Below are positions 28,947 through 44,695 of a DNA stretch of 64,000 bases, in pieces. Both the position numbers and the translations under genes were made by a program. A model generated the notes under the pieces. The model ran no database searches, was not told where the DNA came from, and saw only the letters and a program-made list of their open reading frames with translations. The DNA is from an uncultured delta proteobacterium (lineage in GTDB: Bacteria > Desulfobacterota > Binatia > Binatales > Binataceae): NCBI GenBank assembly GCA_963724765.1, contig CAVRVY010000001.1, positions 1,024,001-1,088,000 on the forward strand, given 5' to 3'. How positions within the stretch are numbered: the first letter of the stretch is position 1; every line of letters starts with the position of its first letter.

Positions 28947-30024
28947 GTTCTGTATAATATAGTGACAAATGCTCTGGTCGGTGCTAATATGTGGCGCATG
29001 GGTAATCCAGCGGGTGTGCGGCGGGATTTCGCTGCGTTGGAAGAGCGGCGGATGGAGGCGGCGCGATTACTGCGACAAGGGCTTAGCCAGTCCGAGGTCG
29101 CGCGAGAGTTGGGCGTACACCGCCAGTCGGTTAGCCGCTGGGCGCGGGAACTTGGAGCATCGGGAGTGCGCGGCCTGCGCAAGGCCGGACGCACCGGGCG
29201 TCCAGCGAAGCTCATCCCGGCCCAGTTGCGCGACCTCGAGCGCGCACTCAAGCGCGGACCCGAGGCGTTCGGATTTGCCAGCGGACTGTGGACCGCGAGT
29301 CGGGTGCGCGATCTCATCGAGTACCGGACCGGGGTGCGATACCACGAGGACCACGTCTGGCGCATCCTGCGCAAGCTTAACTGGACCTGCCAGCGTCCCA
29401 CTGGAAAAGCGCTCGAGCGCGACGAGCAGGCAATCCGGCAGTGGAAGAAGTACCGCTGGCCGCAGATTAAAAAAAAGCGCTCTGCGAGCGGCGCACCATA
29501 GTGTTCATCGACGAAAGCGGACTGAGCGAACGGCCGCATCGGGTGCGGACCTGGGCGCCGCGCGGGCAGACTCCGGTGCTGCAGTATCACTTCAACTGGA
29601 AGGTGCTGTCGGCCACAGCCGGCATCACCTGGTGGAACTTTTACTTCCGGCTCTATCCCACAACCATCCGCGCCCCTCAGGTGGTGGACTTCCTCGGCCA
29701 CCTGTTGCGTCATCTGCCGGGGAAGCTGTTGGTGGTGTGGGACGGACTGCCGGCGCATCGGGCGCGCTTGGTAACCGAATTTATCCGCGCGCAGCGTGGC
29801 CGGCTGGCGCTCGAGTGGCTGCCGGGTTACGCGCCGGAACTCAACCCGGTGGAGTACATCTGGGGTTACTGGAAACACCACGAACTGCCCAACTTCTGTC
29901 CCCGCGATTTCACCCAGCTCAGCCATCAGGCCCGCCGCGCGCTGCGCCGCATGCGTCGGCGCCCACGCTTGGTGAGATCCTTCTGGCATCAAGCAAAACT
30001 GTCACTATAAAATGCAGGACTTAA
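28943..30024 (+). mobile_element. IS630-family insertion sequence
   Basis: Imperfect terminal inverted repeats ttaagttctgtataatatagtgaca / tgtcactataaaatgcaggacttaa; TA duplication at 28941-42 and 30025-26. Confidence 0.93.
28998..30010 (+). CDS. IS630 transposase, two ORFs joined by a -1 frameshift at A8G (29469-29477)
   Basis: ORF A carries an HTH/wHTH; ORF B carries the DDE motifs FIDESG, VVWDG, YAPELNPVE; slippery run ATT AAA AAA AAG. Confidence 0.9.
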
Positions 30025-30081
30025 TAGGTGTTCGCTCGATCACCCATGGCGCGCAGGGCGCGCCGAACCTAAACTTGGAGT

Positions 30082-31542
30082 GTGATGTCCGAACTGCGCT
30101 ACGTGATCATTCACGGCCATTTTTATCAGCCGCCGCGTGAAAGCCCGTGGACCGGACTCATCAGTCCCGAGCCCGGCGCCCTGCCGTTCCCGAACTGGAA
30201 CGAGAAAATTCTAAGCGAGTGCTATATCGCCAACGGGCGCGCGCACATCATGGACGGGCGCGTGGCCCATATCCGCAACAACTACGCGGCGCTTAATTTC
30301 GACTTCGGCCCGACGCTGATTAGCTGGCTGGAACGCCACGGTGCGCATGCCTATCGCGCGATCCGCCAGGGCGACCAGCAGAGCCTGCAGACGCGCGGCG
30401 GGCACGGCAACGCGATCGCGCAATCCTACAACCATTCGATTCTGCCGCTGCTGCGCCCGCGCGATCGCGCATTGCAAATCGCCTGGGGGATCGAGGATTT
30501 CGTAGTGCGCTTCAAACGCCGGCCCGAAGGGATGTGGCTGCCGGAATGCGCCGCCGACCACGATACGCTCTGCGACGTCGCGGCGGCTGGAATGAAATTC
30601 ATCATCCTGGCGCCCGAGCAGGGCACTTTTAGCGGTGCGCGGGCGGGACGCCGCGGCGCTGGCCCTTTCATCTGGCGCTCCGAATCGCGGAGCCTCGCGG
30701 TCTTTCGTTTCGATCGCGACCTTTCGCGCGCGGTTTCATTCGACCACGCCCTGGCGGACGGCGGCCAGCTCGCGAATTCGATCGCCGAGGCGGCGACGGA
30801 GATCGAGCCTGGAGGGGTCGTGATGGTCGCGACCGACGGCGAGACCTTCGGTCATCACAAGCGCCACGGCGACGCCGAGTTGGCCCGCGCGATCAACGGG
30901 CTGGAGCTGCGCGACGACGTGCGGCTCACCAACTGCGCCGAGTACCTGGCGCTCTTTCCGGAAGGTGTGGGCAGTTTCGAGATCGGCGCGCCGAGTTCAT
31001 GGAGCTGCCCGCACGGCGTCGAGCGATGGCGCGCGGCGTGCGGATGCCGCCTGGAGCAGGGGACAAACCAGGACTGGCGCGGGCCGCTGCGCGAGGCGAT
31101 GGACTTCGTGAACAATCATGCCACGGCGGTTTACGATCGTTTCGCGCCGCCCCTGGTCGACGACGCCGCGGCCGCGCTTAACGAATCGATCCGGCTTGCG
31201 AGCGACGCCAACCCGGCGCTGCACGAGGAATTTTTCGTCCGTCATCGGGTACCCTCCGAGGCCAACCGCGAGAGCCTGATGCGCCTGTTCGAGATGGAGC
31301 GGGCGGCGCAGGCGGCGCTGACCAGTTGTGCATGGTTTTTCGACGACTTCGGCGGTCCCGAGGGGCGCGTGGTGCTGCGATGGGCGGCGCGCGCGGTCGA
31401 GCTGGCCGCCGAGTTCTCGCTCAGCGTCGAGTCCGAGTTACTCGAGCGGCTGCGCCAGATCCGCTCCAACCGCCGCGAGACCGGCGACGCCGGCACGTTA
31501 TACTTGAGCCTCAAAACACGCGAAGCACGCGGGAGGGTATGA
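30082..31542 (+). CDS. Glycoside hydrolase family 57 / DUF3536 protein
   Basis: [56 protein letters not shown]. Confidence 0.88.
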   Translation: MMSELRYVIIHGHFYQPPRESPWTGLISPEPGALPFPNWNEKILSECYIANGRAHIMDGRVAHIRNNYAALNFDFGPTLISWLERHGAHAYRAIRQGDQQSLQTRGGHGNAIAQSYNHSILPLLRPRDRALQIAWGIEDFVVRFKRRPEGMWLPECAADHDTLCDVAAAGMKFIILAPEQGTFSGARAGRRGAGPFIWRSESRSLAVFRFDRDLSRAVSFDHALADGGQLANSIAEAATEIEPGGVVMVATDGETFGHHKRHGDAELARAINGLELRDDVRLTNCAEYLALFPEGVGSFEIGAPSSWSCPHGVERWRAACGCRLEQGTNQDWRGPLREAMDFVNNHATAVYDRFAPPLVDDAAAALNESIRLASDANPALHEEFFVRHRVPSEANRESLMRLFEMERAAQAALTSCAWFFDDFGGPEGRVVLRWAARAVELAAEFSLSVESELLERLRQIRSNRRETGDAGTLYLSLKTREARGRV

Positions 31543-31547
31543 TTGCC

Positions 31548-33506
<1,959 letters not shown>

Positions 33507-33614
33507 CGGCGCGGGTACACGGCTCGCCGTTACGCCTGACTCTGGGATTGTTGAGGATCGGAGCTTTCAGGAGAATAGCGTCGCCGCTGGCGACGATGCC
33601 CGCTCAAAATAAAA

Positions 33615-33644
33615 GGGATTTATTTACTAAAGTAAATAAATCCC
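33615..33644. terminator. Perfect AT-rich 14-bp inverted repeat; likely terminator of the minus-strand gene, or a protein-binding site
   Basis: gggatttatttact-aa-agtaaataaatccc; followed by TTTTATTTT on the minus strand; lies between convergent genes. Confidence 0.55.
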
Positions 33645-33738
33645 AAATAAAGACGGGACGCACGCGGCTTTTGAAGCCCTATGCGCCCCGTCTTCCTTTT
33701 CACTCACCGCCTGCGTGGCGGCTTGCGGCGGAGTCTGC

Positions 33739-33981
33739 TTAACGGACCCAGCGCCAGTGGCCGCCAATGAGCTGCCAGTGCCATCCGGGCCGATGCATTA
33801 TCGGACTGTAGGCATAGCCCGGACCATACGCGTAGCCTGGACGATAGGCGTACGCCGGATGATTGATGCTCCACCAGTGCGCGTCATGATGGTAGTAGTG
33901 ATCCTGCGCCAAAGCCGGCCCGGCGAACAGCGCGCCAGCCATCGCGACAGTTACCAGCAGCGTTGCGATCTTCTTTTTCAT
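33739..33981 (-). CDS. Small secreted His/Tyr/Trp-rich protein
   Basis: GGAGG RBS; MKKKIATLL...PALA signal peptide; PGYAY repeats. Confidence 0.75.
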   Translation of the reverse strand: MKKKIATLLVTVAMAGALFAGPALAQDHYYHHDAHWWSINHPAYAYRPGYAYGPGYAYSPIMHRPGWHWQLIGGHWRWVR

Positions 33982-34185
33982 GTTCCTACCTCCCTGCCAT
34001 CGGGGAGCGAAAGGCGAAACCGTCCGGACTTCCGGAATTGCTGCGGTCTTCGCTGTTTTTGTTTCGCTCTTCACCAGGAGAACCCTTTTCCGGCCTTCTG
34101 CTATTAGAGACGCTGGCGGCCTGTGGCGGTTACAGGGGGGAGCGCCTTGCCAGCCGTGTCCCGCTGATGATAATCTGTTTTTCGT

Positions 34186-34206
34186 GTGGGCTTTCGCCCA
34201 CTTTTT
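34186..34206 (+). promoter_or_regulatory. rimP-leader-like hairpin/attenuator
   Basis: GTGGGC-TTTC-GCCCAC-TTTTT upstream of rimP, just downstream of a possible TTGCCA-N16-GATAAT promoter. Confidence 0.55.
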
Positions 34207-34479
34207 CGTTTAGCCGGTTCGCCCGATGAGTGCGGCGCTCGGGCGCAGAAACCTCCTGAGACAGAGTCGGACTGCGGTGGGGCGCTGCGAGAGCCCTCTT
34301 TCGGGCGTGGTGCGCGGATGGCGCGTGGCGGGACAGTATCGGCGCGAGGTGGCAGGTCAGCGGCGCGCACGCCCCGGCCGCTGGCAGATGAGAGAGCTGA
34401 CAGAAGAGATATGAGGGCAGGCGGAGATTTTCTTGTGACTGACGCAGGCGCGAGGGGAAATCACAGGCAAGACCATAAG

Positions 34480-34974
34480 ATGGTAGTGCAGCTCCATCCG
34501 GTGGCCATGCGCGTGGCGGAGCTGCTCGACCCGCACGTCGAGCGCCAGGGCTTCGAACTCGTGTCAGTGGACTATCACAAGGGCACGCGCAGCTCGCTCT
34601 TGCGCTTGCTGGTGGATCGGCCGGAAGGCGGTATCGCGCTGAGCGATCTGGAGCGGCTGAGCCCGCTGCTCGGCGATTTACTCGACGTTTACGATCCGAT
34701 CGACGGGCGCTACACGCTGGAGGTCGCTTCGCCCGGGGTGAACCGGCCGCTGACAAGGCTCGGGGATTTCGAGGCGTTTGTCGGCCAGCGGGTCCGGATC
34801 AAGACGCATCGCGCGATGGACGGACAGAAGTCTTTCATCGGCGTGCTTGCGTCGGTGAGCGCGGAAGGAGTGGAAATCGACGACGAACCCAGCCGGCGCC
34901 GCCTAAGGATCGGCTTCGGCGAGATGAAGGGAGCGAACCACGAATACGATTTTGACGGAGCCGGACGCCGATGA
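34480..34974 (+). CDS. rimP: Ribosome maturation factor RimP (start uncertain, alternative 34411)
   Basis: LRLLVDRPEGGI...DPIDGRYTLEVASPGVNRPL; precedes nusA. Confidence 0.92.
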   Translation: MVVQLHPVAMRVAELLDPHVERQGFELVSVDYHKGTRSSLLRLLVDRPEGGIALSDLERLSPLLGDLLDVYDPIDGRYTLEVASPGVNRPLTRLGDFEAFVGQRVRIKTHRAMDGQKSFIGVLASVSAEGVEIDDEPSRRRLRIGFGEMKGANHEYDFDGAGRR

Positions 34975-35076
34975 AGCCGCCAAGCGCTGTGCGCGCGGCC
35001 TCGAAACCGCCGGTTCAGGATTGGCCGATAGATTATTTGGCGGCGCATGCAAGACATCGCGCCCCGTGGAGGCCGT

Positions 35077-36492
35077 ATGACCGGAGAGCTTAACCGGGTG
35101 ATCGAGCAGGTTTCCAAGGAAAAAGGGATCGACAAGACGATCGTGATCAGCGCCGTCGAGGAGATGATGCATTCGGCGGCGCGGCGCACGTTCGGTAACG
35201 AGCGCAATATCGAGTCGCGCTACAACTCGGAGCTCGGCGAGGTCGAGCTGTTCGAGATCAAGACGGTGGTCGACCAGGTCGCCAACCCGCAAGCCGAGGC
35301 CACGGTCGACGAGGCGCGCGCCAAGTACGATCCCGAGGCCGAGGTCGGCGACGAAATCCTGATCAAGCTCGACACCGCCACGATGGGCCGGATCGCGGCG
35401 CAGGCCGCCAAGCAGAACCTCATCCAGCACATCCGCGACGCCGAGCGCAAGCAGATTTTCAACGAGTTCAAGGATCGCAAGAGCGAAGTCGTCTCGGGTA
35501 TCGTGCAGCGCTTCGAGCGCAAGAACATGATCGTCAACCTCGGTCGCACCGAGGCGATCCTGCCCGAAAAGGAGCAGATCCCGCATGAGCGCTATCGCCA
35601 GGGCGATCGCATCCGCGCCTTGATTCTCGACGTCGATCTGTCCGAGAAAGGCCTCTCGATCGTGCTCTCGCGCACCGCCAACGAGTTCCTATGCAAGCTG
35701 TTCGAGCAGGAGGTGCCCGAAATCTACGAGGGCATCGTCGAGATTCGCCAGTGTGCGCGCGAACCCGGCGGGCGTGCCAAGGTAGCGGTCTACTCCAAGG
35801 ACTCCGACGTCGACCCGGTCGGCGCCTGCGTCGGAATGAAAGGGACGCGCGTGCAGGCGGTGGTGCAAGAGTTGCGCGGCGAAAAAATCGATATCGTGCC
35901 GTGGACCGACGACCAGGCCGAACTGGTGTGCCGCGCGCTCGCCCCGGCCAAGGTTTCCAAGGTGATCATCGATGAGGACGAGCACGCGATGGAGGTGGTG
36001 GTGCCCGACGACCAGCTTTCGCTGGCGATCGGCAAGCGCGGCCAGAACGTGCGCCTTGCGCATCGGCTCTCGGGATGGAAAATCGACTTGCGCAGCGACT
36101 CCGAGGCCGAAGAGGAAGCGCGCGCCGCGCGGGCCTCGCTCAACGCCATCCCCGGCATCGGTGACATCAACGCCGAACTGCTCTACCAGTGGGGCTTCCG
36201 CACGGCCGAGCAGCTCGCCGAGACCACCGAGGAATCGTTCGAGGTCGACGGCATCTCACCCGAGCGCGCCCGCCAGTTGATCCTGGCCGCACGCGAATGG
36301 GTTGCCAAGAAGCATACGGATGAAGAGGCGGCCGCGGTCGCGGCGGCTCAGGCCGCCGCAGAGAAGGCCGAGGCGGACGCGGCGGTGGCGGCGTCCGCAA
36401 ATGAAGCCGCGGCAGACGCGGCGAACGGCAGCCTTGAGGATCGCGATGGCGCGAGCGTAGGCGAAGAGGAAGATGCGGCGGCGAAATCATAG
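35077..36492 (+). CDS. nusA: Transcription factor NusA
   Basis: GRIAAQAAKQ, S1 domain, DPVGACVGMKGTRV, LSLAIGKRGQNVRLA. Confidence 0.97.
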   Translation: MTGELNRVIEQVSKEKGIDKTIVISAVEEMMHSAARRTFGNERNIESRYNSELGEVELFEIKTVVDQVANPQAEATVDEARAKYDPEAEVGDEILIKLDTATMGRIAAQAAKQNLIQHIRDAERKQIFNEFKDRKSEVVSGIVQRFERKNMIVNLGRTEAILPEKEQIPHERYRQGDRIRALILDVDLSEKGLSIVLSRTANEFLCKLFEQEVPEIYEGIVEIRQCAREPGGRAKVAVYSKDSDVDPVGACVGMKGTRVQAVVQELRGEKIDIVPWTDDQAELVCRALAPAKVSKVIIDEDEHAMEVVVPDDQLSLAIGKRGQNVRLAHRLSGWKIDLRSDSEAEEEARAARASLNAIPGIGDINAELLYQWGFRTAEQLAETTEESFEVDGISPERARQLILAAREWVAKKHTDEEAAAVAAAQAAAEKAEADAAVAASANEAAADAANGSLEDRDGASVGEEEDAAAKS

Positions 36493-36763
36493 ACCCGATC
36501 GCACCTGTCTTGGATGCATGACGCGCGACGCACAGGCCGCGATGGTGCGGCTGGCGGCGGTGGGCGGAGTAGTGCGCGCCGACGAGGATCGGCGCCTTGG
36601 CGGACGCGGCGGCTATCTGCATCCGCGACGCGAATGTCTGGAGCGCTTCGCGCGCGCCAGGACACGCGAGTTCCGTTCGCTGCGGGTTGCGCTCGACCGC
36701 GACGCGCGGGATTTCATTACGCGAATGTTACAAGGGCGGCTGGATAGCGAGAGCGCTCTCTAA
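36473..36763 (+). CDS. YlxR/DUF448 RNA-binding protein
   Basis: PDRTCLGC...GRGGYLH...C; lies between nusA and infB. Confidence 0.85.
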   Translation: MRRRNHRPDRTCLGCMTRDAQAAMVRLAAVGGVVRADEDRRLGGRGGYLHPRRECLERFARARTREFRSLRVALDRDARDFITRMLQGRLDSESAL

Positions 36764-36776
36764 TAGAGTAGGCAAA

Positions 36777-39869
<3,093 letters not shown>

Positions 39870-40021
39870 GCGGCCCCAAGCGCTCGGGTCGCCCGCGCTC
39901 GACGCGCGCGTAGTGTTGCGGCGTATCGTGTCGATGAGCAACGCCGGCGCGGCCGCTCGCGAGGCGGCGTGATCGCTCGGCGCGAGTCGGCGCGAGGATG
40001 GGCGGGGCGCAGGGGCGATCG

Positions 40022-40309
40022 ATGGTTGTAGGAGTCTTACAGCTCACACTCTTTTTGCCGGAGAACCATTCGCTTAAGGGCAAACGCCAGGTGCTGCGTG
40101 CGATTAAGGATCGCGTGCGCTCCAAATTTAATGTTTCAATTGCCGAATCCGACAGCCACGACATGTGGCAGCGCGCCGAACTGGGTATCTGCCAGGTCGG
40201 CAGCGACCGCGCGTTCGTCGACTCGGCGCTGCGCGAGGTCGTCAACTTCATCGATTCGCTCGACCTCGCCCCGCTCGGCGAAGAGCGGCTCGAAATAATC
40301 AATTACTGA
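40022..40309 (+). CDS. DUF503 (YlxP) protein
   Basis: MVVGVL...HSLKGKR...FNVSIAE...WQRA. Confidence 0.88.
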   Translation: MVVGVLQLTLFLPENHSLKGKRQVLRAIKDRVRSKFNVSIAESDSHDMWQRAELGICQVGSDRAFVDSALREVVNFIDSLDLAPLGEERLEIINY

Positions 40310-40388
40310 ACGTCTGCGCGCTCAGTGTTTGAATATCATGAACGCGAAAAGTTGGGACGCCGCTTGTCAGGCGGTGAGGTAGTCCAGC

Positions 40389-41050
40389 TTGCGCAACACG
40401 GTCCGGCCGCTCACTACACTCGAGAAGGTTAACCTCGCGCTAACGATGACGTGGGCGGCGGGCTTTGTCGATCTCGTCGGCTATGTCTCACTATACGGGC
40501 TGTATACCTCGCACATGACCGGTAACACGGTCGCGATGGCGCGTCATATATCGGAGCTGCAATGGAGTGGCGTTGTGCGTCGCGGATGGCCGATCTTGAC
40601 GTTCGTCTTCGGCCTGATGCTCGGCGCCTTTAGCCGGCGGATAAATTCTTTGTGATGGTGGCGCTGCTCGCGATTCCGATGGGCATACAGAACGTGGTTA
40701 TTCGGAAGGTCGGAGGAATCAATGTTTACACGACCTTCGTCACCGGATCGCTGGTGAAATTCGCCGAAAATCTGTCGCAATACCTGTTCTGGGTGCGCGA
40801 TCGGACGCGTCGCCGCTTTCGCCGTCGCATTTTGAAAGTGCTCAGGATCTCGCCCCGCACGGTTCCCCTCCAGCGCACCGCGCTGACACTGAGTTTATGG
40901 TTAGCTTATCTGGCAGGCGCGGTCTGTGGTGGCATATCGATCCAGCGGTGGGCGCTGCTCGGAATGGTTGCTCCATTCGCGCTGTTGTCGGCGATCGCTC
41001 TATATGGGGCCTTTCGTCCATTAATTCCATTGTCGGCCGATGAGTGGTGA
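40389..41050 (+). pseudogene. YoaK/DUF1275 membrane protein, split
   Basis: The N-terminal part (AGFVD, TSHMTGNT) ends at 40655; the C-terminal part (MGIQN, TTFVTGSL) starts at 40652 in another frame. Confidence 0.75.
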
Positions 41051-41096
41051 ATGCGGCGTTTCGTGCGCGCTCTGGCGCGCGCTAACATAAACCTCG

Positions 41097-41447
41097 ATGG
41101 CTTCCGAACCACGCCGGCCGGAGCGCGTTGCCGAGATGGTGCTGCGAGAACTCTCGTCGATGCTCATCCGCGACTTGAAGGATCCGCGCCTGCGCGGCAT
41201 CACGCTTACCGGAGTCAAGATGACCGACGATTTGCGCCACGGGCGAGTATTCTTTTCGCATCTCGAGGGACAATCGCGCGCCGCCGAGGCGATCGCGGGC
41301 TTCAAGAGCGCAGGCGGATTCATCCGCCGCCAGGTGGGCCGCGCGCTTGGCCTGCGCTACGCGCCCGAACTTGATTTCGAATTCGATCCCGGTCCCGAGC
41401 GCGCCGCCCGTATCGACGTGCTGCTGCGCAGCGCGCGTAAGGACTAG
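41097..41447 (+). CDS. rbfA: Ribosome-binding factor A
   Basis: RPERVAE...DPRL...LRYAPELDFEFD. Confidence 0.94.
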   Translation: MASEPRRPERVAEMVLRELSSMLIRDLKDPRLRGITLTGVKMTDDLRHGRVFFSHLEGQSRAAEAIAGFKSAGGFIRRQVGRALGLRYAPELDFEFDPGPERAARIDVLLRSARKD

Positions 41448-41512
41448 GGCTGTCCTCGAGTGCCGCGACGCTTACGCCGCGCCGCCTTATCGGCTATCGT
41501 CGCCTCACCGCC

Positions 41513-42394
41513 ATGGACGGAGTTCTGCTTATCGACAAGCCGGCCGGGATCACTTCGGCCGAGGCCGTGCGCCAAATCAAGGCGCGCGTGCGGCCCGCGC
41601 GCGTCGGCCATCTGGGCACGCTCGATCCGTTCGCGACCGGCCTGCTGCCGATCCTGATCGGCGAGGCGACCAAGCTCGCACCGTTTCTTCAGGACGGTGA
41701 AAAAGAGTACGAGGGTGTAATCCGGCTCGGAGTCGAAACCGACACGCTCGATCGCACCGGCGCCGAGATTCAAACGGCCAAGGTCCCGGCGCTGACTTCG
41801 GAGATGCTGGCTGAGGCCACCGCGCGCTTCACCGGCAGGATCGTCCAGCAGCCGCCGATCTTTTCAGCCATCAAACGCGACGGAGTGCCGCTCTACAGGC
41901 TCGCGCGCCGCGGCGTCGAGGTCGAGCCGCCGCCGCCGCGCGAGGTCGAGATTTCGCGCCTCGTACTCGATGCGCCAGACGCGACATCGATCCATTTCGT
42001 CGCTGCCTGCTCAACCGGCACCTACATGCGCTCGCTCGCGCGCGATATCGGAGTCGCGCTCGGCACCGTGGCCCATCTGGCCGAGCTGCGCCGGCTGCGC
42101 AACGGCGCCTTTACGCTGGCCGGGGCACGTCCGCTGGCGGCGGTGCTGGACGCGCTCGCCGACAAGAATTCGGCTGGGATGATCGGGATGCGCGAGGCGC
42201 TTGCCACGATGGCCGAGGCTGAGGCCGACCCGATACAGGTGCGCCGATTGCGCAACGGCGACTCGCGCGCGCTCGACGGCCTCGCGCCGGAAGGCGCGAA
42301 GCTGTTCAAGGTGGTCAGCGCGGGCGCGCTGATCGCAGTAGCCGAGGCGACCTCGCGCGTCACGGCGCGTGTGATGCGGGTGTTCGGAGTCTAG
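41513..42394 (+). CDS. truB: tRNA pseudouridine(55) synthase
   Basis: DKPAGITS, GHLGTLDPFATGLL, PPIFSAIK, CSTGTYMRSLARD. Confidence 0.95.
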   Translation: MDGVLLIDKPAGITSAEAVRQIKARVRPARVGHLGTLDPFATGLLPILIGEATKLAPFLQDGEKEYEGVIRLGVETDTLDRTGAEIQTAKVPALTSEMLAEATARFTGRIVQQPPIFSAIKRDGVPLYRLARRGVEVEPPPPREVEISRLVLDAPDATSIHFVAACSTGTYMRSLARDIGVALGTVAHLAELRRLRNGAFTLAGARPLAAVLDALADKNSAGMIGMREALATMAEAEADPIQVRRLRNGDSRALDGLAPEGAKLFKVVSAGALIAVAEATSRVTARVMRVFGV

Positions 42395-42462
42395 ATAGCT
42401 CGCTGCCGCGTATCCTCATTCGCCCGCGCTGTAGTAACCTGCGTCCTGCACAGGAGGCGGCT

Positions 42463-44340
42463 ATGGCAGAGCGCGAACGCCAGGGATCGGCGCACAGTTT
42501 CGAGGTTGTGGTCGAACGCGACGTGATGGTCACGATGCGCGATGGGGTGCGCCTCGCAACCGACATCTACCGGCCCGCGCGCGGCGGCCCGGCCGTGCCC
42601 GGCCGCTTTCCGGTGATCGTCGAGCGCACGCCGTACGACAAAGGCCCAGCGCGCTTCGCCGTGACCGCACGCTACTTCGCCGAGCACGGCTACGTTGTGC
42701 TGATCCAGGACGTACGCGGGCGCGGCGGCTCCGAGGGCGAATGGTACGCCTTCGCGCGCGAAGCGCCCGACGGCTACGACACTATCGAATGGGCTGCGGC
42801 CCAACCGTGGTCCTCCGGCAAGGTCGGCACGATGGGGACCTCGTACATGGCGGCGACGCAGAGCGCCGCAGCGACGCTCAACCCGCCGCATCTCGCGGCG
42901 ATGTTCGTTACCGAGGGGCCGTCGAACTACTACCATTGCTCGATGCGGCATAACGGCGCGCTCGAGCAACGATTCCTCATCTACGCCTTCCACATGGCGG
43001 TGACGAGTCCGGAGGCGCGCGCCAATCCTGCTCTGCGCCTCGCGCTGCTGGAAGCACGCACCAACCTCGGCCAGTGGCTAAGACGGCTGCCGCTCAAGCG
43101 CGGCGCGACGCCGCTTCGGATGCTGCCGAGCTACGAGCAGTGGGCGATCGACCTCCAGACCCGCACGGTTTACGACGAGTACTGGCTGCAGCGCGGCTAC
43201 GCGATCAGCGAACATTACGCCGAGCACGCCGACGTTCCGACCGTCTACTTCGGCTCGTGGTACGACTCGTACGCGCGCGCCACGACCGAGAACTTCGCCG
43301 CGTTGAGCCGGCTCAAGCGCTCACCCCAGCGCCTGATCATGGGCCCCTGGGTTCACGGCGTGCGCGCCGACGAGGACTTCGCCGGCGACGCAAGCTTCGG
43401 CACGGAGGCGCTCGAGCACTACAACGGCCTGCGCCTTCGATGGTTCGACCAGTGGCTCAAGGGGCTGGACACCGGCGTTGCCGACGAGCCGCCGGTCAGA
43501 ATCTTCGTGATGGGCGGGGGCAGCGGCAGAAAAATCTACGACGTGCTCGGGCTCAACGCGCGAATCGATCATGGCGGGCGATGGCGCTCCGAGAGCCAGT
43601 GGCCGCCGGCCATCGCACGCGAGACGGCTTTTTATCTCCATCCCGGCGGCGCGCTCACGCCGCGCAAGCCCGAGGCCGCGGCTAGTGCGTCCACCCTGCG
43701 CTTCGATCCGCAAAACCCGGTGCCGACAGTTGGCGGCAGTATCTCGGTCGGCTTCGAGTTCATGCCGTCCGGCGGCTACGACCAGCGCGCGCGCTTTCCG
43801 CTGGCGGCCGGTGATTCGCTGCCGCTCGGCTCGCGTCCCGACGTGCTGGTGTTCGTTTCCGAACCGCTCAGTGAACCGCTCGAAGTGACCGGCGCGGCGA
43901 CGATGAAGCTCTGGGTGTCGTCGACCGCGCGCGACACCGACTTCACCGCCAAGCTCATCGATCTTTATCCGCCAAGCGCGGATTATCCCGACGGCTTCGC
44001 GCTCAACCTGACCGACTCGATCATCCGGATGCGCTTTCGCGAGTCGTGGACCAATCCCACGCCGATAACGCCAGGTGGGATATACGAGGCGCGCATCCCG
44101 TTCTACCCGATAAGCAATCTTTTCGCCCGCGGCCATCGTATCCGGCTCGATATCTCGTCCTCCAACTTCCCGCGCTTCGATGTCAATCCGAACACCGGCG
44201 GCCCGCTGGGCGAGCCCGGCCCGCTGATGGTGGCCGACAACACGGTCTATCATGCGGCCGCGCGTCCCTCGCATATCGTGCTGCCGGTTGGTGCCGGCGA
44301 AATGAGCATAGCGATCGCCAAGGGCGCATGCGGCGGCTAG
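42463..44340 (+). CDS. CocE/NonD family hydrolase
   Basis: MRDGVRLATDIY, QDVRGRGGSEG, GTSY, GPWVH, ISSSNFPRFDVNPNTG. Confidence 0.92.
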   Translation: MAERERQGSAHSFEVVVERDVMVTMRDGVRLATDIYRPARGGPAVPGRFPVIVERTPYDKGPARFAVTARYFAEHGYVVLIQDVRGRGGSEGEWYAFAREAPDGYDTIEWAAAQPWSSGKVGTMGTSYMAATQSAAATLNPPHLAAMFVTEGPSNYYHCSMRHNGALEQRFLIYAFHMAVTSPEARANPALRLALLEARTNLGQWLRRLPLKRGATPLRMLPSYEQWAIDLQTRTVYDEYWLQRGYAISEHYAEHADVPTVYFGSWYDSYARATTENFAALSRLKRSPQRLIMGPWVHGVRADEDFAGDASFGTEALEHYNGLRLRWFDQWLKGLDTGVADEPPVRIFVMGGGSGRKIYDVLGLNARIDHGGRWRSESQWPPAIARETAFYLHPGGALTPRKPEAAASASTLRFDPQNPVPTVGGSISVGFEFMPSGGYDQRARFPLAAGDSLPLGSRPDVLVFVSEPLSEPLEVTGAATMKLWVSSTARDTDFTAKLIDLYPPSADYPDGFALNLTDSIIRMRFRESWTNPTPITPGGIYEARIPFYPISNLFARGHRIRLDISSSNFPRFDVNPNTGGPLGEPGPLMVADNTVYHAAARPSHIVLPVGAGEMSIAIAKGACGG

Positions 44341-44422
44341 GTCATGGCAGCGTAGGGCGGTGAATTCGTGCGTATGCGCGCTCGGGCGTTTCAGTCCAGA
44401 GAGTACTGAGGACGGTAGTGGT

Positions 44423-44668
44423 TCAGTTTCGGTAAATCGGCGGCGGAGCTTGTCTGTGTTCATGGATCAAAGTTCCAAGCCAGACAATCCCGAAGAAAAT
44501 GGCGCCCAAAATCAATTCAGCAATATCGGTCCAGCCGTGAGTAAGCTTCAACAAAGGCTGATAGACCGGCTGCACGAACAATCGTAGAACTAGGCCTACC
44601 AGACAGACCGCAAAGAGAGCGCCCAGCCATGGTTTAGCGTCGTGGATGACGTGTTGTATGTTGACCAT
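44423..44668 (-). CDS. Small two-helix membrane protein (passenger)
   Basis: 81 aa with two hydrophobic stretches; stop codon supplied by the left inverted repeat. Confidence 0.5.
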   Translation of the reverse strand: MVNIQHVIHDAKPWLGALFAVCLVGLVLRLFVQPVYQPLLKLTHGWTDIAELILGAIFFGIVWLGTLIHEHRQAPPPIYRN

Positions 44669-44695
44669 CTCGCGATGCTAACATAACGTGAGGCT

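Noticed and set aside
33615-33644. dif/Xer site
   Set aside because: The arms do not match the XerC/XerD consensus, and dif is not a perfect palindrome.
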